In this document: in pieces, positions 58,103 through 64,000 of the stretch
How positions within the stretch are numbered: the stretch's first letter is position 1
How the letters are laid out: every line of letters starts with the position of its first letter
Assembly (NCBI GenBank): GCA_039589875.1
Contig: JBDHGL010000013.1
Location: 1,032-65,031, forward strand
DNA: 64,000 bases
Direction: 5' to 3'
From: Gemmatimonadota bacterium
GTDB taxonomy: Bacteria; Gemmatimonadota; Gemmatimonadetes; Palauibacterales; Palauibacteraceae
The notes under the pieces: generated by a model
Told to the model about the DNA's origin: nothing
Seen by the model: only the letters and a program-made list of their open reading frames with translations
Databases searched by the model: none
Position numbers and translations under genes: made by a program

Positions 58103-58120
58103 TATAGGCTCTCCGCAGAG

Positions 58121-59476
58121 CTAGTAGAGCTTGGCTATCTCGGCACCCTGATAGTAGGCGGCCAGGATCTGTCGGTAGCTCTGGCCGTCCCTCGCCCTGC
58201 CGATCGCTCCCCACTGGCACATGCCGATGCCATGGCCGAATCCTCGGCCCTCGACGACGATCTCGGCGTCGGCGACACGGCCCTGCCGGACCACGAAATC
58301 CGTCGAGCGGAGGATGCGCGCTTCCGTGGGCCGCAAGACCCAGCGGATGTCGTTCTTGCGCACGACGTAACGCCCTCCGTCAGCCTCTATCTCGAGCTGA
58401 TCCACTCGATCGTGCTCCGTCCGGCTCAACACCCGGATGCCCCGGACTCGGCCGACCGACGCAGGCGTCACGCCCAGTCTTTCGGCCAACGCGGCCCGGA
58501 CGAAGCCGTTCATGCTCGCCGCTGTCCAGCTTTCCTGCCAGCGGTGGCGCGGCGAGATCGCGCAGAAGTCGTCGCTCCCGTTCTCACCGTCCCTCACCGA
58601 TCGGAGGTACGGAAGGTCGGGCTCGCCCCACACCTCGTATCGGGTCGCGGTTCGACCGCCGCAAGTGGAGTGGTAGAGCGCCAACGCCGCCTGTCCCTCG
58701 AAGGTGAGAATCTCGCCGGCCGTCTCCCGTATCGCACGGTCGATTTCCGCCCGTTCGACCTCCACACCGCCGTACGCCTGATCCTCGACGGTGGCAAAGA
58801 CGTCGAAGCCCAGCGAGTCGCGGCTGCCCAGGCTGGCGATCGTGTACGTCCGGGCCGCCACCGCTTGAGCCTTCACCGCCGAAAACTCTTCAGGCGGCCG
58901 CGGCCCGATCTCGGCCGGGACGACACCGAGCAAGTATGCCTCGAGGTCGAGACGGTTGATGACCGTCAGGCCGCGCTTCTCATCGCTTACGATCTCGGCG
59001 GCACCCCGATACTTCGTGCCGGCGATGATCACTCCCAGCGATGGATCGATCGGTTCGATGATCAGGTGCGATCGCGTTCCGTCTATCCGCCCGGCCGGGT
59101 CGACGAGAATAGCACCGCCGCTGGCTCGCTCGAACCGGAGGATCTCCTCGCGCGTCTCCAACAGCTCGGCACCGCTGGCAGCATCGCGGACGCGCAATCC
59201 GCCGGTCGACATGACAGCCGGCGCTCGGACTCCGATCTCCACGCCGACACGTATGACCGGCTCGGAGGTGATGCGCTCCGTGATCCGGAGCTCCACGGGA
59301 GCCTCGGCGGCGCCCGGAGCTTCGTCCGGCGCTTCGGCGGCGTCTCTTGCACCGGGTGGCGACTCGTCAGGTTCGGGCGTCGGTGGCCGTGACCCTCCCG
59401 CGCAACCCGAGGCCGCAAACACCAGTCCCCCTCCGGCCAGCACGACCAGGCGCGCTCTAGCCGGCGAGAGTTGCAT
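58121..59476 (-). CDS. SpoIID/LytB domain lipoprotein (amidase-enhancer-like)
   Basis: Lipoprotein signal (…LAGGGLVFAASGCAGG). SpoIID signature (AQAVAARTY…YHSTCGGRT). Confidence 0.8.
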   Translation of the reverse strand: MQLSPARARLVVLAGGGLVFAASGCAGGSRPPTPEPDESPPGARDAAEAPDEAPGAAEAPVELRITERITSEPVIRVGVEIGVRAPAVMSTGGLRVRDAASGAELLETREEILRFERASGGAILVDPAGRIDGTRSHLIIEPIDPSLGVIIAGTKYRGAAEIVSDEKRGLTVINRLDLEAYLLGVVPAEIGPRPPEEFSAVKAQAVAARTYTIASLGSRDSLGFDVFATVEDQAYGGVEVERAEIDRAIRETAGEILTFEGQAALALYHSTCGGRTATRYEVWGEPDLPYLRSVRDGENGSDDFCAISPRHRWQESWTAASMNGFVRAALAERLGVTPASVGRVRGIRVLSRTEHDRVDQLEIEADGGRYVVRKNDIRWVLRPTEARILRSTDFVVRQGRVADAEIVVEGRGFGHGIGMCQWGAIGRARDGQSYRQILAAYYQGAEIAKLY

Positions 59477-60749
59477 CCATCGCCTCCCCTGCAGCGGCCA
59501 CCGTATGCTCGATCTCCTCGGTCCCGTGCGCCGTCGAGAGAAACCCCGCTTCGAAGGCGGACGGCGCGAAGAAGACACCTCTCTCTAGGCACTCGCGGTG
59601 ATAGACTGAGAAGAACTCGGTGTCCGTCCGCTTTGCTGCAGCGTAATCGCGAACCGGGCCCTCGGTGAAGTACACGCCCCACATGGATCCGACGTGCGCG
59701 CCGCAGGCCGGAATTCCACGCGCGGCCGCCGCCTCGAGCACTCCCGCCACGAGCTCTCCGGTCAGCCGTTCCAAACCGTCGTACGGGCTCTCCGCCTGTA
59801 AGACCCCGAGCTGGGCGAGTCCGGCCGCCATGCCGAGAGGGTTTCCGCTCAGCGTGCCGGCCTGGTAGATCGGACCGCTGGGGGCCACTTGTTCCATGAT
59901 CTCACGCTTCCCGCCGAAGGCAGCGACCGGAAGCCCTCCGCCGACAACCTTGCCGAGCGTGGTCAGATCCGGTTGCACTCCGTAGCGCTCCTGGGCGCCT
60001 CCCAGGCTGACACGAAACCCGGTCATCACCTCATCGAAGATCAAGAGCGATCCTTGCTCGCGGGTCAGCTCGCGTAGGCCGGACAGATAGCCCGGCTCCG
60101 GCTGGATCAATCCCACGTTGCCCATGACCGGCTCGAGGATCACCGCCGCTACCTCCTCCGGATAGCGTTCGAACGCGGCCGCAGCAGCCTCTAAGTCATT
60201 GAATGGAACCGAGATCGTCAGGGCCGACAGGGCTCGCGGAACCCCGGGCGAATCGGGCAGCCCGAACGTGGCCACGCCCGATCCGGCCTGCACGAGAAAC
60301 GAATCGGAGTGGCCGTGATAACAGCCGTCGAACTTGAGGATCCGCTCCCTTCCGGTCGCTCCGCGCGCCAGGCGGATAGCCGACATCGTCGCTTCGGTTC
60401 CGCTGCTCACGAACCGGACGCGCTCGATCGCCGGCATAATGGCGACTATCAACTCCGCCAACTCGACTTCGGTTTCGGCGGGCGTCCCGAAGGTGAGGCC
60501 CGATCGGGCAGCGCGCTCCACCGCTTCCAGGACAGCGGGATGAGCGTGCCCGAGGATCAGCGGACCCCAGGAAAGAACGTAGTCGACGTAACGCCGGCCT
60601 TGATGATCCTCCAGGTACGCTCCCTCACCTCGACTGGAGAAGAACGGCTCGCCGCCAACTGAGCGAAAAGAGCGAACCGGCGAGCTGACGCCGCCCGGCA
60701 GGACCCGGCAGGCGCGCTCCCACAGATCCTGCACGGCTATCTTCCCCAC
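59457..60749 (-). CDS. hemL: Glutamate-1-semialdehyde 2,1-aminomutase
   Basis: Class III aminotransferase. 430 aa. Full-length collinear similarity to HemL (…GVSSPVR…DGCYHGH…). Confidence 0.95.
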   Translation of the reverse strand: MGKIAVQDLWERACRVLPGGVSSPVRSFRSVGGEPFFSSRGEGAYLEDHQGRRYVDYVLSWGPLILGHAHPAVLEAVERAARSGLTFGTPAETEVELAELIVAIMPAIERVRFVSSGTEATMSAIRLARGATGRERILKFDGCYHGHSDSFLVQAGSGVATFGLPDSPGVPRALSALTISVPFNDLEAAAAAFERYPEEVAAVILEPVMGNVGLIQPEPGYLSGLRELTREQGSLLIFDEVMTGFRVSLGGAQERYGVQPDLTTLGKVVGGGLPVAAFGGKREIMEQVAPSGPIYQAGTLSGNPLGMAAGLAQLGVLQAESPYDGLERLTGELVAGVLEAAAARGIPACGAHVGSMWGVYFTEGPVRDYAAAKRTDTEFFSVYHRECLERGVFFAPSAFEAGFLSTAHGTEEIEHTVAAAGEAMDATLAG

Positions 60750-62161
60750 GCCGTCTCGAGCCCGAGAGGAGCCACCGGAAGCCTTCTGCCGTTTCGGGCG
60801 AGGCTCTCCAAGGGAGGTCCGTCCGGCGTCCGGGCCGCGGGCGCCGGCCTGATCTCGCGAATCACTCTGGCCGTCAGATCGTAATCATCCGCGCCCGTGA
60901 TCTCGGCCTCAACGATCTGGCCGGGCTGCAAAGCGGCCTCGGCGGCCAGCCGAGTCACACCATCGACATCATCGGCCTGGCTCGCGATTCGGCCGGCCGC
61001 GTCCCCGGTGCCGTCTCCAGTCGAGTCGACGATGGCCAGCCGACGGCTGCCGATCTCGGCCTCCATCTCTTCGCGCGAGATGGCCCTTTGAACCTCGAGG
61101 AGCTCCTCGAGCCGCTGTCGCGCGACGCTCTCCGGAACGTGTAGCTCTGCGTTCATCTCCGCCCCGCGCGTTCCCTCCTGGGGAGAGAACGCGAACGCGC
61201 CCAGCCGGTCGAACCGAGTCTCCTCCAGGAAGTCGAGCAGCGCCCTGAAGTCCTCATCCGTCTCGCCGGGAAAGCCTACCAGCACGGTGGTGCGCAGTGT
61301 GAGATCGGGGATAGCCTCGCGCAGCCAAGAGATTTTCCTGCGCAGGGTACCTTGGCGCTCGGGGCGGCGCATCCGCTCCAGCACGGGATCGCTTGCGTGC
61401 TGAATCGGCATGTCTATGTAGGGGAGGATCCTCTCCTCCGCCGCCATCAGACGCACGAGGGATTCGCGGAGTCCGGCGGAGTAAATGTACAGCAAGCGGA
61501 ACCACGGGATCTCCGTTTCCTCGACAAGGCGGGCGAGAAGGCTCGCGATATCGGTTCCGTCGCGCAGCCCGCGGCCGTAGTGGGCCAGATCCTGGGCGAC
61601 CAAGTTGAGCTCCACGGCGCCCTGCGACTCGAGGCCTTGGGCTTCGCCGATGAGCGCGTCCGGATCGAACGATCGATGACGACCACGCCAGAGCGGGATC
61701 GCACAAAAAGCGCAACCGTGATCGCACCCCTCGCTCACCTTCAGATAGCGAACGTGGCGCGCCGAGCCCAGGGGCAGCCGTTCCCCGGGATGGGCCGGCT
61801 CTGTCGGGAGAAGCCCGCGCCGGCGAAGCTCCGGCAAGAGCTGGCTCAGGTCACGGAGGCCCAGGAAGAGATCGACCTCGGGCAGCGAGGAAGTCAACTC
61901 CTCCCGATGGCGCTCGACGAGGCAACCCACCGCCACGACCGCCTTGCAGGCCCCCTCCTCCTTGAGCCTCGCGGCATCCAACAGGGTGTCGATCGACTCC
62001 TGTTTGGCCTGGTCAATGAAGCCGCATGTATTGACCAGGACGACGTCCGCTGTCTGCAGGGATTCCGCAGGCGTGGCGCCGCTGGCGGCGAGTGTGGCGG
62101 AGATTCGCTCCGAATCGACCGTGTTCTTGTCGCAGCCCAGGCTTACCAGGCCCAGCTTCAT
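60737..62161 (-). CDS. rimO: Ribosomal protein S12 methylthiotransferase RimO (radical SAM MTTase) with low-complexity C-terminal extension
   Basis: ATG 62159..62161 (MKLGLVSLGCDKN…). MTTase N-domain Cys triad. Radical SAM CxxxCxxC (CDHGCAFC). TRAM domain. The extra Pro/Arg-rich tail overlaps the hemL 5' end by 13 nt. Confidence 0.9.
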   Translation of the reverse strand: MKLGLVSLGCDKNTVDSERISATLAASGATPAESLQTADVVLVNTCGFIDQAKQESIDTLLDAARLKEEGACKAVVAVGCLVERHREELTSSLPEVDLFLGLRDLSQLLPELRRRGLLPTEPAHPGERLPLGSARHVRYLKVSEGCDHGCAFCAIPLWRGRHRSFDPDALIGEAQGLESQGAVELNLVAQDLAHYGRGLRDGTDIASLLARLVEETEIPWFRLLYIYSAGLRESLVRLMAAEERILPYIDMPIQHASDPVLERMRRPERQGTLRRKISWLREAIPDLTLRTTVLVGFPGETDEDFRALLDFLEETRFDRLGAFAFSPQEGTRGAEMNAELHVPESVARQRLEELLEVQRAISREEMEAEIGSRRLAIVDSTGDGTGDAAGRIASQADDVDGVTRLAAEAALQPGQIVEAEITGADDYDLTARVIREIRPAPAARTPDGPPLESLARNGRRLPVAPLGLETAWGR

Positions 62162-62901
62162 CCCTGAAAGACGTCCACTTCCGAGGGGAGCTGGAACAGG
62201 AACGTCCGGTCGGTGATCGGAACGTCGGGCTCCAGCTGGCTCAGCTCGACCGTGCGGACCGTCTCGTTTTCTTCGGTGATCTCGAACTTTCGCACGAGGA
62301 AAGTCTCGGTATCCACCCAAACCCGTACGAGACGATAAGGCGACGCCTCTCGCGGAGTGAGCGCGACCAGGTGCGTCGGCTTGCCGGTCACCTCCTCATC
62401 GAGGACGTGTTCCGCCTCGTAAACCGTCTTCGCATCGTCGAAGATTCTGCCCTGTAGGTCGAACATCTGGGCGCCGGTCGGGCTCGCCTCGATCGTAGAG
62501 CGAATGACCTGACCCGGGTTCGTCGTCGGATAGTAGAGCCAGACGTACGTGCCGTCCGCCACGATCAGGTCTCCGTGCGGATCCGTGAACTCCATCTTGA
62601 AGCGGCCACGGCCCTTCTGGTACCAGAGGCCCGATCCGGTCCGCGTGCGCTCGAGGAGCGGTACTACGATGGTCTGCCGGAAGCGAGCTCGCAGGGTGCG
62701 CAGCGCTTCATACTTCTCTTCGGCGCAGGCCAGGATCTCGCGCACTTCGAGATCTGCCTGAACGCCCACCTGGCATCGACTCACCCGAACCCTTGAGACC
62801 TCGGGCGCCGGACGTGCGCCGGCCGGCGAGAGCGGCACGGCCAGGCTCGCTGCGACGGTCAGGCCGAGCAATGACCAGCGGGCTTCTCGGTGCGCTGTCA
62901 A
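62158..62901 (-). CDS. lolA: LolA-like outer-membrane lipoprotein carrier protein
   Basis: Secreted beta-barrel-like protein about 245 aa. Placed between ftsK and rimO, as in the conserved ftsK-lolA synteny. Sequence-level similarity is modest. Confidence 0.65.
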   Translation of the reverse strand: MTAHREARWSLLGLTVAASLAVPLSPAGARPAPEVSRVRVSRCQVGVQADLEVREILACAEEKYEALRTLRARFRQTIVVPLLERTRTGSGLWYQKGRGRFKMEFTDPHGDLIVADGTYVWLYYPTTNPGQVIRSTIEASPTGAQMFDLQGRIFDDAKTVYEAEHVLDEEVTGKPTHLVALTPREASPYRLVRVWVDTETFLVRKFEITEENETVRTVELSQLEPDVPITDRTFLFQLPSEVDVFQG

Positions 62902-62988
62902 CGTACGAATCCCCTCTGCTGCAAAGGCGGTCGGCGGTTCTGCCGTATAGGTGAAACTACACGAGCTGTCGAGGCCCGTTCCGGCACC

Positions 62989-64000
62989 TCAGACTGGACC
63001 CTCATGGCGGGTGATCTCGATGATTTGAGGAAGATCTTCGAGGCCTACCAAGACCTCCCGCGGGCGGGACCCATCCGGGGGACCGAGTATCCCCGCATGA
63101 TGGAGCTGGTCCACGATCCGTGCCGCCCGTCCATACCCTATCTTCAACCGGCGCTGCAGCAGACTCGTGGATCCGGAATCGTTGGTGATCACGATCTCCG
63201 CTGCCTGCCGGAACAGATCGTCCCAATCGGCAAGCACGCCCCCCGCCACGTCGATTCTCGACTCCTCCGCTTCCAGCTCGCGCACGACCTCGAGGATGTC
63301 GGATTCAGCGGCCGGCTCCGCGACTTCGACCTCGGCCTGAGCCCGGTACCACTCCACGAGACGCTCGGTCTCGTCGCTGGAGATGAACGCCCCCTGGATG
63401 CGGATCGGATCCGCTTCGCCCGGTGGGAGAAACAGCATGTCACCGTTCCCGAGCAGGCTCTCGGAGCCGTTCTGATCCAGGATGGTCCGGCTGTCCGTCT
63501 TCGAAGCCACTCGAAACGCTATGCGGCTCGGGAAGTTCGCCTTGATGAGGCCGGTGATCACGTTCACAGACGGCCGCTGTGTGGCGATCACCAGGTGAAG
63601 CCCCACCGCACGAGCCTTCTGCGCCAATATGGCCAACGGGGTCTCCACCTCCGCCTGCACCGTCATGATCAGGTCGGCGAGCTCGTCGATGAGCAGAACG
63701 ATGTACGGCAGTTGGCCCTCGTCGTACTCCTTCATGTAGCCTTCCGGCATCCGGATGTCGCTACCAGAGGCCACACGCCGGTTGAACTCTTCGACATTCC
63801 GGCAGGCGTTGGAGGAGAGGAGTCCGTATCTCCGGGTCATCTCGTAGACGGCCCACTTCAGAAGCGCGGCCGCCTCGCTGTTGTCGATCACGACAGGGTG
63901 GCGGAGATGCGGAAGGTCGTTGTATACGCTGAGCTCGACCATCTTGGGATCCACCATGAGGAGCCGGAGCTCGGCCGGGGTGAACCGATAGATGAGACTC
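62989..64000 (-). CDS. ftsK: DNA translocase FtsK/SpoIIIE, C-terminal part (N-terminus lies beyond the window)
   Basis: Motor-domain segments (…IATQRPSVNVITGLIKANFPSRIAFRVASKTDSRTIL…). C-terminal gamma winged-helix domain (…LLQRRLKIGYGRAARIVDQL…). The ORF runs off the 3' end of the window. Confidence 0.9.
   Translation of the reverse strand, partial: SLIYRFTPAELRLLMVDPKMVELSVYNDLPHLRHPVVIDNSEAAALLKWAVYEMTRRYGLLSSNACRNVEEFNRRVASGSDIRMPEGYMKEYDEGQLPYIVLLIDELADLIMTVQAEVETPLAILAQKARAVGLHLVIATQRPSVNVITGLIKANFPSRIAFRVASKTDSRTILDQNGSESLLGNGDMLFLPPGEADPIRIQGAFISSDETERLVEWYRAQAEVEVAEPAAESDILEVVRELEAEESRIDVAGGVLADWDDLFRQAAEIVITNDSGSTSLLQRRLKIGYGRAARIVDQLHHAGILGPPDGSRPREVLVGLEDLPQIIEITRHEGPV

Noticed and set aside
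58232-59392. 386-aa plus-strand ORF overlapping SpoIID-like gene
   Set aside because: Antisense to the SpoIID/LytB gene, Arg-rich.
1-64000. CRISPR arrays, rRNA/tRNA genes, transposases, integrases, phage genes
   Set aside because: No regularly spaced direct repeats, no recognisable tRNA cloverleaf regions in the few intergenic gaps, and no ORF with transposase, integrase or recombinase features. The window looks like core chromosome.

Overview
This is a GC-rich, densely coding bacterial chromosomal window. It has no rRNA, tRNA, CRISPR array, transposase or integrase that I can recognise. The gene content (SusC/SusD pair, BlaI/BlaR1, DUF1800/DUF1501, LemA/DUF2207, DUF4097 paralogs) suggests a Gemmatimonadota- or Rhodothermota-like organism, but that is a guess.

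Main content, 5' to 3':
- An SLC13-type permease and an orphan zinc-finger anti-sigma factor.
- A minus-strand NAD-linked formate dehydrogenase operon: HIT, a NuoE-NuoF fusion, a NuoG-like Fe-S subunit and a Mo-bisPGD subunit, with the alpha subunit split in two.
- An ABC-2 exporter, a LOG family gene, a DUF1579 gene, and a blaI-blaR1 pair followed by a large CBM9/DUF5916 protein.
- A periplasmic double-PDZ protein with a His-rich APHPAE repeat tail, and a DAGK-like lipid kinase.
- An ECF sigma / ZAS anti-sigma / two DUF4097 module.
- A cyclase, an EamA transporter, an OsmC-like gene whose peroxidatic Cys codon is an in-frame TGA, and a DUF885 gene.
- Two tandem paralogous lipoproteins plus a PilX-like protein.
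- Two alpha/beta hydrolases and a Leu/Phe/Val dehydrogenase.
- A standalone SusD/SusC pair, a PQQ sugar dehydrogenase and a DUF1800/DUF1501 pair.
- A PhzF-like gene and a four-gene cluster (GMC small subunit, GMC oxidoreductase, TPP enzyme, HDAC-like amidohydrolase).
- LemA/DUF2207, a peroxiredoxin, a GAF-GAF-GGDEF protein, a pterin dehydratase and a GT4 glycosyltransferase that appears to start on CTG.
- A GCS2 ligase fused to a CBS pair.
- On the minus strand: lnt, a Gfo/Idh/MocA gene, a SpoIID-like gene, hemL, rimO, a lolA-like gene and the 3' part of ftsK.

I found no obvious defence island. The most unusual items are the candidate selenocysteine (or pseudogene) OsmC, the split formate dehydrogenase alpha subunit, the CTG-start glycosyltransferase, the GCS2-CBS fusion and the GMC/TPP/HDAC cluster.
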